Positions 1-10,119 of a DNA stretch of 64,000 bases are shown here, one piece after another (the first letter of the stretch is position 1; every line of letters starts with the position of its first letter). Below the pieces are notes generated by a model that ran no database searches, was not told the origin of the DNA, and worked only from the letters and a program-made list of their open reading frames with translations. A program made the position numbers and the translations under genes. Source of the stretch: Nitrosopumilus sp. (GTDB lineage: Archaea; Thermoproteota; Nitrososphaeria; Nitrososphaerales; Nitrosopumilaceae); assembly GCA_965207075.1 (NCBI GenBank), contig CBDBLO010000002.1:224001-288000 (forward strand), given 5' to 3'.

Positions 1-316
1 GACGATAATGATGCCGAGACCTTTTCTGCCTGCCGCCTGGCCACAAGACGGGGCCGGTGCATTATGTTATATGCGTTAAGGACGCGCCCACCTCTCACGG
101 GCCCGTATTCATTGGCAGTCGCGTCTGAACGGCAGGCTTGTTCATGCTCTCCGTGGCCAAGTGATGTTGGGGGGGGGGTCATGTACCTGGGGCCGGCGCC
201 GGTAGATCGTTTGCAGCAGTGGCCCCGTGATGCCGTTTGGTACGGTCGTGGACCGGATCCTCGGGCTTCCCACGGATTGATGTAATCAATATATAACAAA
301 CGCGCGGTCTTGGCGC

Positions 317-1033
317 ATGCCAAGATTCACCCAGAAGGACATGGACGAGCTGAACTCGTCTATTACCACCGCCGAGGACGCACTCAGATGGGCCTCTGAG
401 AACCTGCACCCGAGGGTGGCAAAGGCCTCCAGCTTTGGCGCCGAGGACGCCGTCCTGATCGACATCATGCTGAAGATAAACCCGGAGTTCCGGTTCTTCA
501 CCCTGGACACGGGGAGGCTTCCAAGGGAGACCTACGACACCATCGACAGGATCCGCAAAAAGTACGGCGTGGCGGTGGAGGTGGTGTTTCCCGACGCGGC
601 CGAGGTCGAGGAGATGGTCAACGCAAAGGGGGTCAACCTGTTTTATGAGAGCGTGGAGAACCGCAAGCTCTGCTGCAAGGTGCGCAAGGTGCACCCCATA
701 AACCGCATGCTTGCCACGCTTGACGGCTGGATCACGGGCCTGCGCCACGAACAGACGAAGCTGCGCCACGCCGCCAATATGTTCCAGCTCGACGCGGCGC
801 ACGGCGGCATCGTCAAGATAAACCCCATCATAAACTGGACGTGGGAGGACGTCCAGAACTACATCAAGTCCCACGACGTCGTATACAACGAGCTGCTTGA
901 CCGGGGCTACCTGAGCATAGGATGCGAGCCGTGCACGCGTCCCGTAAAGCCCGGCCAGTCGCTGCGCGACGGCAGGTGGTGGTGGGAGTCAGGCAGCGAC
1001 TTGGAGTGCGGGATACACGTGGATCCCGTCTGA
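317..1033 (+). CDS. cysH: Thioredoxin-dependent APS/PAPS reductase (Fe-S, APS-reductase type)
   Basis: [27 protein letters not shown] and C-terminal ECGIH motifs; AT-rich TATA-like box about 25 nt upstream. Confidence 0.95.
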   Translation: MPRFTQKDMDELNSSITTAEDALRWASENLHPRVAKASSFGAEDAVLIDIMLKINPEFRFFTLDTGRLPRETYDTIDRIRKKYGVAVEVVFPDAAEVEEMVNAKGVNLFYESVENRKLCCKVRKVHPINRMLATLDGWITGLRHEQTKLRHAANMFQLDAAHGGIVKINPIINWTWEDVQNYIKSHDVVYNELLDRGYLSIGCEPCTRPVKPGQSLRDGRWWWESGSDLECGIHVDPV

Positions 1034-1073
1034 TGTAGGTAGGGCGTGGTTTCATATAGAACCCCAAGGGAGC

Positions 1074-2249
1074 ATGTGCATGTCCAAGAACGGCGGGACG
1101 ATCGGGGCGCACGGCGGCAGGCTTGTAAACCGCATGATCGCCCGTGACGACGGCAGCGACGGCTCCGCGTACGGCGACATGTTCTCGCTTCAGATATCGG
1201 CCGATCTGGCAAACGACGTTGAGAACATCGCGGACGGGATCTTCAGCCCCCTTGAGGGGTTTCTGGGACAGGAGGACGTCGAGAGCGTCGCCAAGAGGGG
1301 CAGGCTCGCGGACGACACGGCCTGGACCATACCCATCGTACTTGACGTGACGGAGGAGACCGCGTCTGCAGTGAAAGACGCAGGCGACGTCATGCTAAGG
1401 GATCCGCAGGGCACGGGTATCGCTATACTGCATGCAGAGGAGGTGTACAGGCCCGCAAAGGAGGCGCTGGCCCAAGGCGTCTACGGGACGACTGACAGGT
1501 CGCACCCGGGCGTGGCCCACACGATGTCGCTGCACGACAACTTTGTCTCCGGCGTGATAGACTACGTGCAGAGGCCCGCGGACACGCCGTTGCGCTCGGA
1601 CCGGATGACGCCGGTACAGACGCGCAAGGCCTTTGAGGAGGCGGGGTGGAAGACCATATGCGCGTTTCAGACGAGAAACCCGCCGCACGTCGCCCACGAG
1701 ATGCTGCAGAAGACATCGATTACGACCCGCGACGGCGTCTTTGTCAACCCGCTGGTCGGCCGCAAGAAGAAGGGGGACTTTGTGGACGACGTGATAATAA
1801 AATGCTACAAGGAGATGATACGGCTGTACTATCCGGAGAACAGGTGCCACTTTGCCACGCTCCACACCGAGATGAGGTATGCGGGCCCGCGGGAGGCCAT
1901 ACACCACGCCATAATGCGGCAGAACTACGGCTGCACGCACATCATCATAGGGAGGGATCACGCCGGCGTCAGCTCCTTTTACCATCCGTTTGCGGCCCAG
2001 GAGATATTCTCAGAGTATCCCGAGCTGGAGATACAGCCCGTGTTTTTTCCGGCGTTCTTTTACTGCGGTGAGTGCATCACGTATACCAACGGAAAGTGCT
2101 GCCCGCACGGCGAGGGCTCTAGGGAGCAGATAAGCGGCACCCAGCTTAGGCAGATGATACAGGAGCACAGGCCGCCCTCAAAGTTCGTTCTGAGGCCGGA
2201 GGTATCCAATATAATACTGAACCACCCCAACCCGTTTGTAGAGGAATGA
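1074..2249 (+). CDS. sat: Sulfate adenylyltransferase (ATP sulfurylase)
   Basis: [34 protein letters not shown] motifs; next to cysH; start may be 1080. Confidence 0.96.
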   Translation: MCMSKNGGTIGAHGGRLVNRMIARDDGSDGSAYGDMFSLQISADLANDVENIADGIFSPLEGFLGQEDVESVAKRGRLADDTAWTIPIVLDVTEETASAVKDAGDVMLRDPQGTGIAILHAEEVYRPAKEALAQGVYGTTDRSHPGVAHTMSLHDNFVSGVIDYVQRPADTPLRSDRMTPVQTRKAFEEAGWKTICAFQTRNPPHVAHEMLQKTSITTRDGVFVNPLVGRKKKGDFVDDVIIKCYKEMIRLYYPENRCHFATLHTEMRYAGPREAIHHAIMRQNYGCTHIIIGRDHAGVSSFYHPFAAQEIFSEYPELEIQPVFFPAFFYCGECITYTNGKCCPHGEGSREQISGTQLRQMIQEHRPPSKFVLRPEVSNIILNHPNPFVEE

Positions 2250-2342
2250 CTTTTGCGCGTACGTTGCAGGCTTACGCGGCAACAACTGCGGCAACCATGA
2301 CAGACTCGGTTCATTTATTCGGGATGGAGGCCGGCACGTGAC

Positions 2343-3062
2343 ATGCGGGTGGCAGGCGTTGCATCGTCGGTGCTTTTGGCCGTTGTGGCGGCCGCGATGG
2401 TACTGTATGGCGCGGACGTGTGGGCCCAGGACCAGGATGCGCAGCAGCAACAACAACACGACACGAAGAACCCGTCACTGGTAATCGAGGCCGTTACGGT
2501 CGACTCGCCAGAGTTCAACCGCGTGCTGCGGGACGCGCCGATCGTAATGCTGGAGCAGCCCCACATCGTAAGCTGGCAGGCCACGATAGACAACGATCTG
2601 GTGTACGCGCACCCCGGGGGCAGCGCCGTGCTCAGGCTGTACGATCAGGAGTCGAGGGACGAGTTTGTAGAGGTCGGGATGGGGGCGAACCCGGACAACA
2701 GGTTCTGGGTGGCAGTCCAGACCCCCAAGGAGGGCTACGTGGTGGTGCACAGGGACGGCGAGCGGGGATGGTACCCGCAGGCAAAGGTCATAGTATCATA
2801 TACCGAAAGGGCGGGAATGACCGTCAACAACGGCGCCCGGATCGTAGTCTCCAACCTCGACATTGGGCTGTTCGCGCCGGATTCGTACTCCGTGCACGGC
2901 ATGGAGGGATCGACTGACCCGCCTGCCACCGTCTCCGGCGACCTGTTCGTGGAGTTCCTGTCAGGCGACCCGTCGCAGAACGCCTTTGCGCTCTTTCCGT
3001 TCTACGTGGCGGCCGGTATAGGCATTATTGTGGGCGCGCTGTACCTGACAAAGAAGCGGTGA
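2343..3062 (+). CDS. Secreted/membrane-anchored hypothetical protein
   Basis: N-terminal signal peptide, C-terminal TM helix with KKR tail, genome-typical codon usage. Confidence 0.75.
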   Translation: MRVAGVASSVLLAVVAAAMVLYGADVWAQDQDAQQQQQHDTKNPSLVIEAVTVDSPEFNRVLRDAPIVMLEQPHIVSWQATIDNDLVYAHPGGSAVLRLYDQESRDEFVEVGMGANPDNRFWVAVQTPKEGYVVVHRDGERGWYPQAKVIVSYTERAGMTVNNGARIVVSNLDIGLFAPDSYSVHGMEGSTDPPATVSGDLFVEFLSGDPSQNAFALFPFYVAAGIGIIVGALYLTKKR

Positions 3063-3069
3063 CGCGCTC

Positions 3070-3246
3070 AGTAATGAGGATGAATTCGTCTTCTCGTACT
3101 GCTTTATGTATCAGGGATTCGACCAAGTCAAGATCACGCACGAGGGGCACGTCGTCTACTCTCCGTCAAGGCAGCCAAGTATCGACATGTGGAACACCAA
3201 CGGTGAAGGCTGGTACTCGGCAACGGCCAAAGTATATTACAACTAG
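3070..3246 (+). pseudogene. Possible 3' fragment of a lost gene
   Basis: Open protein-like frame SNEDEFVFSYCFMYQGFDQVK...WYSATAKVYYN* with no convincing start, lower GC. Confidence 0.3.
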
Positions 3247-3261
3247 ACGGACCACGACACC

Positions 3262-3570
3262 ATGACCAAACTCCCCCGCCTTTTTTGGATGATACCGAGC
3301 GTCTGCGCAATGTGCATCAGCGGATTTATCGCCGCGCAGAACCTGACGGCGCAGGTGGATGGTATGATGGGAGGGTGGACCTTGTCCTTTTGGGACAGGG
3401 TGTGGACGGACTGGGGCATCCACCTTAGCTTCACGTTCGTGGCCGTCTTTGGCGTGATATTTGGCGCGATATCCTATGCGGCTGTGCGATACGGCATACT
3501 GACTAGGAACCACGTCATCATAATTCTGATTGGCATCGTGGCGTACACAATCAGCTTGGAATTTGCCTAG
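3262..3570 (+). CDS. Small multi-pass membrane protein, unknown function
   Basis: 102 aa with about three hydrophobic segments, lower GC than neighbours. Confidence 0.6.
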   Translation: MTKLPRLFWMIPSVCAMCISGFIAAQNLTAQVDGMMGGWTLSFWDRVWTDWGIHLSFTFVAVFGVIFGAISYAAVRYGILTRNHVIIILIGIVAYTISLEFA

Positions 3571-3701
3571 ACCGGTTCCACACACCATCCTGCCGAACTC
3601 ACGCAGTTCCCGCCAGGTCAAGCACCTCTCATAGGTTGGACGGGGAGGCGAATATGTAAGCAGGCCGTCACACATCACGCATCTCACGATCCGCGACGGC
3701 C

Positions 3702-4064
3702 TCAGTCTGCGCCAAGCAGGAGTTGCTGGCCTGTCCTGATGGACGCAAACTTGTCCGGATCCAGGATGTGGAGCGGGATGCCTGCGACGGCGCACCCGGT
3801 GGCGACCGTCAGGTCGGCCTCCCTGCATATCATGCCCGCCGGCGCGGCCCCACCCGACTTTAGCGCGTATATCGTATATGCCCCGACGCTGCTTCCCGCC
3901 CCGGACGGAAAGACCAGTATCGCGCCCTTGACGCTCTTCCCGTACAGATCGTGGTTGCGGTCGGTTATCACGCCACTCTTTTTGTCCACCGCCCCGAGAA
4001 AGTTGATCGGCATCTCCGACTTTAGCACCGTGCCTTGGGCCCTGCCCTCCACCAGCACCTTCAT
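3702..4064 (-). CDS. Aconitase X swivel subunit (DUF126); probable phosphomevalonate dehydratase small subunit
   Basis: INFLGAVD..G, LVFPSGAGSSVG motifs; overlaps the DUF521 gene stop. Confidence 0.88.
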   Translation of the reverse strand: MKVLVEGRAQGTVLKSEMPINFLGAVDKKSGVITDRNHDLYGKSVKGAILVFPSGAGSSVGAYTIYALKSGGAAPAGMICREADLTVATGCAVAGIPLHILDPDKFASIRTGQQLLLGAD

Positions 4065-5266
4065 TCCGTCTCGTCCTCCAGTATCTTGGCGAGCGGTTTC
4101 AGGTCCACGCCGACGCCGCTTGCGTTGTTCATGTAAAACGCGCCCTTTATGCTGTTGGTGGTTACGGCGTCAACCTTGTCCGAACCGAGCAGCGGCGAGA
4201 GGCACGTGCAGCAGTCGGCCAGGACCTCGCATCCGGCGCGCTCAAGGCCCCGCACGTAGTCCAGCTTCCGGGCCTGCTCCTTTACCGCTCTGGGGCAGAA
4301 CACCATGCACCTTTTCTTGAACGAGCGGCCCCGCAGCCGCTCCAGCAGGTCGGACATCTCCCACAGGCCCAGCTGGGGGCTGCCGAGCGCTATGACGTCC
4401 CCGTTCTCGGCCGTGTCAAGCTCGTCGCGGACCTTCCGCGCCGCATCATCATCAAACTCTACGGTTTCCGGCCTGCCGCCGCTGCCGCCACCGCGGGCAT
4501 CCCCGTCATCCTCCTCTACGAACCGGAACTTGGCGCAGGTGCCCGACGTTCCCATCCCGCCGCACATAGCCTTGCACTGCCTCCTGTCCATTGCGGACGC
4601 GGACACGCCGGATATGTCGACTGAGGACGCGCCGCCCGCCTCCTTCCCCGCAAAGTAGCCCAGCATTCCGTACGTGAGCTCGTCAGGCTCCTTGGCGCTC
4701 ATCCGGACGGTCACGTTGGCTGTTGCCCCCTCCCCCTCCCTGCGCAGGTCCGAGTAGGGGCTCTTTCCCGTAATGGCGCTCGCAAGCGCGCTAAAGGCGC
4801 TCTCCTTGTTCGTCCTTGCTCCCGCAAACGAGTTTGCGTATATCGCCGCGTTGCTCTCCGCGAACGCGATCTGTTCGCCCCGGGGCATCTCGAATATCTC
4901 GTACGGTATGCATGAGAACGACTGCGTCACCCCCATCGCCTCGTACGAGTCAGCTATGGAGGCCTGCCCCGAGACGAACTCGTCGCCGAGGCCGTACTTC
5001 TCCACACTGTCCGCGTCAAATCCCATGGGGTTCAGCGTGGTCTTTACCCTTACCTTGGCGCCCCGCGAGCTTATGCTCCTGAGGAACTCCTCGCCGGCGC
5101 CCCCTATCGTGTTGTAGTTCACGCCTGACAGGTGCGCCCACCTTATCGGTATGAGGCGCTCGGCGTCAGAGGCCTCCCCGGTTGCGACCAGTATGCGGTA
5201 GGCCATCTGCATGATCTCGCCGTGCTCCCCCGCAAGCGCGGCCTCCTCGGACTCTTCAAGGTGCAT
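4061..5266 (-). CDS. Aconitase X catalytic subunit (DUF521); probable phosphomevalonate dehydratase large subunit
   Basis: Start MHLEESEEAALAGEHG at 5266; AHLSGVNY, SCIPY, AESNA, GARTNKES, DCCTC, TNSIKG motifs. Confidence 0.88.
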   Translation of the reverse strand: MHLEESEEAALAGEHGEIMQMAYRILVATGEASDAERLIPIRWAHLSGVNYNTIGGAGEEFLRSISSRGAKVRVKTTLNPMGFDADSVEKYGLGDEFVSGQASIADSYEAMGVTQSFSCIPYEIFEMPRGEQIAFAESNAAIYANSFAGARTNKESAFSALASAITGKSPYSDLRREGEGATANVTVRMSAKEPDELTYGMLGYFAGKEAGGASSVDISGVSASAMDRRQCKAMCGGMGTSGTCAKFRFVEEDDGDARGGGSGGRPETVEFDDDAARKVRDELDTAENGDVIALGSPQLGLWEMSDLLERLRGRSFKKRCMVFCPRAVKEQARKLDYVRGLERAGCEVLADCCTCLSPLLGSDKVDAVTTNSIKGAFYMNNASGVGVDLKPLAKILEDETE

Positions 5267-5311
5267 TGCCGTATGTGCCGCTGACAGGTATAATAATACT
5301 ATAAGCGCACC

Positions 5312-6043
5312 GTGCGCGTGAAGAAGATTCTTGACGGGATGATGAGCACGATGAACGCGGTCAAGCCTCCCCGTATGACCGCGCTCAGGGAGCTGCACGA
5401 GGCCGAGACGGGTGGGCCGTTTAGCATACTGATCGGCACTATACTGTCTGCAAGGACCAAGGACGAGAACACCGCAAAGGTGGTCAGGGCCCTCTTTGCC
5501 AGATACCGCGACGCCCGGGAGCTTGCCGGCGCCAAGATCAGGGATGTCGAGCGCATAATCAGGCCCATCGGCTTTTACCGCGTCAAGGCCAGGAGGATAA
5601 TAGAGGTCGCAAAGATAGTGGACTCCGAGTACGGCGGCGTCGTGCCGGAGGACATCGACAAGCTGGTCGGGATGCCCGGCGTGGGGCGCAAGACTGCCAA
5701 CTGCGTGCTCGTGTACGCGTTTGAAAAGCCCGCAATACCGGTCGACATACACGTGCACCGCATATCAAACCGGCTGGGGCTCGTGGAGACGAAGACCCCG
5801 GAGGAGACGGAGCAGGCCCTGATGAAGCTGGTTCCGAGGAGGCACTGGCTGCGCATAAACGACACGTTCGTGATGTACGGGCAGAACATCTGCAAGCCGG
5901 TCTCGCCCATGTGCGGGGTGTGCAGGATACGATCAGACTGCAGGTTTTACCAGACGGGCATGGCCGCGTCAGGGAGCCGCAGCAGGCCCGCCTCCCGGTC
6001 GCGCGCGGGCGCCACATCCGCCGCAAAGGTCAAATTTTCATGA
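5312..6043 (+). CDS. nth: Endonuclease III (HhH-GPD glycosylase with 4Fe-4S)
   Basis: ILSART, MPGVGRKTAN HhH, PVDIHVHR, C-x6-C-x2-C-x5-C cluster. Confidence 0.95.
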   Translation: MRVKKILDGMMSTMNAVKPPRMTALRELHEAETGGPFSILIGTILSARTKDENTAKVVRALFARYRDARELAGAKIRDVERIIRPIGFYRVKARRIIEVAKIVDSEYGGVVPEDIDKLVGMPGVGRKTANCVLVYAFEKPAIPVDIHVHRISNRLGLVETKTPEETEQALMKLVPRRHWLRINDTFVMYGQNICKPVSPMCGVCRIRSDCRFYQTGMAASGSRSRPASRSRAGATSAAKVKFS

Positions 6044-6102
6044 GCGATAGGATTAACATGTCCACCTTCATACTTAATATTCGTTCATTTTGCTGAGTGT
6101 GT

Positions 6103-7275
6103 ATGGTGCCACGGCAGAACCCGCAGGTATCGATCATCGTGCCCACCTACAACGAGTCGCAAAACATCATATCCATGCTCAAATCCATACGCGAGAACAT
6201 CCCCAAGGGCATGCTGGCCGAGACGATCGTGGTCGACGACAACTCCCCCGACGGCACGGGACGCCTCGTGGAGGACTATGTGGAGGGCCTCAGGCGGCTT
6301 GCGGAGGATACCGTAAACGTGGTACACCGCAAGGTAAGGAAGGGACTTGCGTCTGCCATACTCAACGGCATACAGTCGGCCAAGGCCGACACCATCATAG
6401 TGATGGATTCGGACTTTTCGCACCCGCCTCAGGTCATACCGCGACTGCTTGAGACGCTCAGGCAGTACCAGTGCGATCTGGTGGTGGCGTCCCGGTACGT
6501 GAGAGGCGGGGGAACTAGGGGGTGGCCCTTCAAGCGCAGGATGATAAGCAAGGGTGCGGCCTTGATTGCAAAGCTGGGATTGCGCGTCAAGACAAAGGAT
6601 CCGATGTCAGGATTCTTTGCGTTCCGGAGGAACATAATAAACGGCCTTACGTTTGACGCATTGGGCTACAAGTTCTTGCTTGAGGTGCTGGTAAAGGCCA
6701 ACGAGAACATTACAATACGCGAGGTGCCGTATACGTTTGAGAATCGCAGGTTGGGAAAGAGCAAGCTCGACGCCTCCCTGTACAAGACCGTAACAGAGTA
6801 CCTGCGCGCCGTATGGAAGCTGTACAAAAGCAAGAGGATTCAGGAGGCCGCTGCAAGGGAGCGCAAGTCCGTAAGGTTCGTCTCAAAGGCGGCCCGGTTC
6901 TTTACGGTCGGCGCGTCCGGGTTCGGGGTCAACTATCTGGTGTCCATGCTCTTTGCATCCGGGCTGTCCGAGTTCTGGTACGTGCACGCCAACGCGCTAG
7001 GCATTGCGGCGTCCCTCTCGACCAACTTTATACTGAACAAGGTGTGGACGTTTGAGGACCGCGACTTTGGGTTGAAGCGGACGCTGTCGCAGTACGGAAG
7101 GTTTGCCGCGTTCAGCTCGGTTGGCGCAGCGGTCCAGCTCGGCGCCGTATACTGGATGGTGGACACGCACGGGGTCTCGTACCCGTTGGCGCTCTTTGCA
7201 GCCATTGCGGCCGCCGCGTTCGGCAACTTCATACTGAACAAAAAGCTGACGTTCAGAGAGGGCATCTGGGACTGA
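6103..7275 (+). CDS. GT2 polyprenol-phosphate mannosyltransferase-like protein fused to a GtrA-like membrane domain
   Basis: IIVPTYNE, VDDNSPDGT, MDSDFSHPP, DPMSGFF; C-terminal 4-TM GtrA (NFILNKVWTF). Confidence 0.9.
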   Translation: MVPRQNPQVSIIVPTYNESQNIISMLKSIRENIPKGMLAETIVVDDNSPDGTGRLVEDYVEGLRRLAEDTVNVVHRKVRKGLASAILNGIQSAKADTIIVMDSDFSHPPQVIPRLLETLRQYQCDLVVASRYVRGGGTRGWPFKRRMISKGAALIAKLGLRVKTKDPMSGFFAFRRNIINGLTFDALGYKFLLEVLVKANENITIREVPYTFENRRLGKSKLDASLYKTVTEYLRAVWKLYKSKRIQEAAARERKSVRFVSKAARFFTVGASGFGVNYLVSMLFASGLSEFWYVHANALGIAASLSTNFILNKVWTFEDRDFGLKRTLSQYGRFAAFSSVGAAVQLGAVYWMVDTHGVSYPLALFAAIAAAAFGNFILNKKLTFREGIWD

Positions 7276-7487
7276 CCGCCGTACGTGGCGCCATGCCGCC
7301 GTTGGCGGCGCCTGTGACAGGCATGAGGGCAGCCGCTAGCGTATCTGCCGCGTGCTGTCCTCATGATGTGCGGCGCCTGCCGTCACACCACGCATGCCGG
7401 CGCTCCCTGGCCGTATACGCGGCACCAGAACGGTGGCCTGCGGGGCGCCTCCCCGCCCCCATGAGCACCCCGCCCGGAGTCGGATAA

Positions 7488-8981
7488 TTGGGCCGCACGC
7501 CGTCAAGGCGCAGGCGCGTCTCGCTTGTGCTTCTCATGGCGCCCTTGGTGCTCTCCGCATACACCCACCTGTGGAATCCCGTAGGGTTCCCGGACGTATT
7601 CTTTGATGAGGGCGTATACATGCGGCGCGCCGTGCACGTTCTGGATACGGGCAACCCGCAGGAGGCCTATTTTTACGACCACCCGTTCTTCGGGCAGCTC
7701 GTATTGTCGGGCGCGCTGTGGATTACGGGCTACCCGGCCTCGCTGGACGCCTCCACCGACCCGGCCTCGCTTGAGTCGCTCTACATGGTTCCAAGGGTGT
7801 TCATGGGTCTGCTTGCCGTACTGGATACGTTTCTGATCTACAGGATATCCGAGAAAAGGTTCGGTCAGAGGACGGCCTTCCTTGCGGCTCTGCTCTTTGC
7901 CGTGATGCCCATGTCGTGGCTGTTCAGGAGGATCCTGCTCGACTCGATATTCCTGCCGTTTGCACTGTCCTCGATCCTGCTCGCGCTCTATGCGCAGGAT
8001 TCGGACAGAAGGGGAGCGCTGCTGGTCTCGTCGGGAGCCTGCCTGGGGCTGGCGATATTCACAAAGGTTCCGGCGTTTACGCTCATTCCGCTCGTCCTGT
8101 TTGTGGTCTATTCCTCGGGCAGGCGCGCCAGGGACGCGGTGCTGTGGGTCGCGCCCGTGTTACTGATCCCGCTGGCTTGGCCCGCATATGCCGCGTGGGC
8201 CGGGCAGTTTGATCTGTGGGCCGGAGACGTCCTGTGGCAGGTGGCGGGCCGGGAGAGCGTGGGACTCGTGGGACTTGCGGCCTACCTGTTTGAGATCGAT
8301 CCCATCCTGCTGTTGCTTGGCGCAGGGGGGTTCGTATTTGCCGCGGTGCGTAGAAACACATTCGTGCTGCTGTGGTTTGCCCCGATGCTCCTGTTCTTTG
8401 CGATGGTCGGATACGTCCAGTACTTCCACTGGATACCGCTCATTCCGGTCATCTGCATCGCCGCCGCGCTTGCAATCGACAGGTGCGCGGATCGTATAGC
8501 CAGGGCCACGGTGCGGAACTATGCAGTAGCCGGAGCGGCCTGCGCGATAGCCGCATTCGGCATGGTTGTAACCGGAACGCTCATCGCGTCAGATGTGTCA
8601 TCGCCCCAGTTCGAGTCGCTCTCCTTCGTGTTGGAGAACTTCTCTGACAGCGGCGCCACAGTCCTTGCAAGCCCCGTGTATTCTTGGGTTCTGTACTATG
8701 TTTATGATGTGGAGAACGTTCTGCCCGACTATTCACTGATCCTGTTTGAGCCAGTCAAAACGGAGGACATACTGCTCGTGGCCGATCAGCACTTCAAGCT
8801 GGACATGCCAAGAGGCCAGGAGCTGAGTGACGCGTACGACGACACGGTCACGATAAGGGAGTTTGGCCATGCGGAGGGCGAGTACACATCCGCCCATCCG
8901 TATGCCAGCTACAAGTTCACCGAGGAGGGAAAGCTGATACAGGTAAGGGCCAGCTGGGCCCAGCCGGGCGGGACTCCTTAG
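7488..8981 (+). CDS. GT-C fold (ArnT/PMT-like) membrane glycosyltransferase
   Basis: DEGVY, DHPFFG motifs and many TM helices; follows the polyprenol-phosphate sugar synthase. Confidence 0.82.
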   Translation: MGRTPSRRRRVSLVLLMAPLVLSAYTHLWNPVGFPDVFFDEGVYMRRAVHVLDTGNPQEAYFYDHPFFGQLVLSGALWITGYPASLDASTDPASLESLYMVPRVFMGLLAVLDTFLIYRISEKRFGQRTAFLAALLFAVMPMSWLFRRILLDSIFLPFALSSILLALYAQDSDRRGALLVSSGACLGLAIFTKVPAFTLIPLVLFVVYSSGRRARDAVLWVAPVLLIPLAWPAYAAWAGQFDLWAGDVLWQVAGRESVGLVGLAAYLFEIDPILLLLGAGGFVFAAVRRNTFVLLWFAPMLLFFAMVGYVQYFHWIPLIPVICIAAALAIDRCADRIARATVRNYAVAGAACAIAAFGMVVTGTLIASDVSSPQFESLSFVLENFSDSGATVLASPVYSWVLYYVYDVENVLPDYSLILFEPVKTEDILLVADQHFKLDMPRGQELSDAYDDTVTIREFGHAEGEYTSAHPYASYKFTEEGKLIQVRASWAQPGGTP

Positions 8982-9346
8982 GCAGACTGGACAGTATAGC
9001 CCGTGCATAGCACGTACCCGTCAGATCCATGCCCAGCAGGAGGAGGGCGGCCGCGCTGTGCGATCTGGAGTACAGACCACACAGAATGCGGTCGGTGACG
9101 ACCTGCGGCCGCACGATGGCCGATGATCTGGAAGCTTTGACCTTGTACTCAACCTAGCCAATAGTCATCAGAATCATACAATTCGTGGTTCGTATTTTCC
9201 ACCTCACGCGTCATGTTCAATCCGTCGGTATGAGTGGCCTCCTTTTGGAACCGGCCGCGGACTAAGGGCCTCAGGAACATGAGTGGGTAAACGGGTAGAT
9301 GAAGTAAGAAGAGAATAAAGAAAAAGGAAAGGGGTTGGTCCCGTTC

Positions 9347-10015
9347 CTACGGGGTATAGTTTGTGGTGCTGGTCGCAGCCGCCGTCTGGGACGAGAGTCC
9401 CGTCGAGGACGGTACGGACGGGAACTGCTGTCCGATCTGCTGCTCTGCAACCGCCGAGGCCTCCTGCAGGATTCTCTCCGTCTCCTCGCTGGACACGTCG
9501 GATTCCATGCCAAAGGAGTCGCCGGCAAGCGAGTCCATCATGAGCCCATTGAGGGTCTGCGTCATGGCGTTCAGCTCGGAGTCTGCCTCCGGCATGAACT
9601 TCCCAAGCGACGACTTTAGTCCCTTCATGGTGTTCATGGCAGGCTGGAGCGCAATCATTGCGTCACCGAGGTCGTGGACGGTAGTCAGCCTGAGCTGGCT
9701 CTGCTCGAGCGCCATCCTCATGTTGCTTAGCATCTTTGTAACCTTGCGTATCTCGGCCAGTTCGCTGCCGAGTACCTTGCTGGTGTTGATGTCGTGCTGC
9801 TGCATGGCCGCCACCACGCGCTGAAAGAGCCTCTGGTCCCTCTCGCGCAGCTTGCCCAGCATGCCATCCATCTTTGAGATCTGGACCTGCAGTCCGTTGA
9901 CTGCGGCCTGGATCCGGGGCTTGAGGGCCCCCTGAGGCTTTGCAGCGTCACGAATCTTCTCGGTTACACTTCGCGTCTCTGGTCTAGACCAGTTGTTCTC
10001 GAAGTTGTTTGCCAT
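9347..10015 (-). CDS. cdvB: ESCRT-III/Snf7-family cell division protein (CdvB paralog)
   Basis: Snf7-like helical core (ELAEIRKV, RLTTVHDLGD, MPEADSEL, ILQEAS); likely ATG at 10015; U-rich tract downstream. Confidence 0.88.
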   Translation of the reverse strand: MANNFENNWSRPETRSVTEKIRDAAKPQGALKPRIQAAVNGLQVQISKMDGMLGKLRERDQRLFQRVVAAMQQHDINTSKVLGSELAEIRKVTKMLSNMRMALEQSQLRLTTVHDLGDAMIALQPAMNTMKGLKSSLGKFMPEADSELNAMTQTLNGLMMDSLAGDSFGMESDVSSEETERILQEASAVAEQQIGQQFPSVPSSTGLSSQTAAATSTTNYTP

Positions 10016-10119
10016 GCCGTCCCATGCTGCGTTTCCCACTTAATGGACGGTGTATATTTTTGTCAACCAAAGTGCCAAATTTTACTAACAAACTTAGGTA
10101 GCGCCGCCCCCGCCTGTTC

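Noticed and set aside
64-285. 73-aa ORF or possible structured RNA upstream of cysH
   Set aside because: No recognisable protein motif; short GGGGCC/GGCCCC pairing and GTGATG boxes are not enough to call an ncRNA
5267-5758. 165-aa N-terminal extension of the AcnX ORF
   Set aside because: Antisense shadow of nth; the real start fits ATG 5266
8982-9340. Long intergenic region between the glycosyltransferase and cdvB
   Set aside because: Only a U-rich terminator-like tract seen; no repeat, RNA motif or credible ORF
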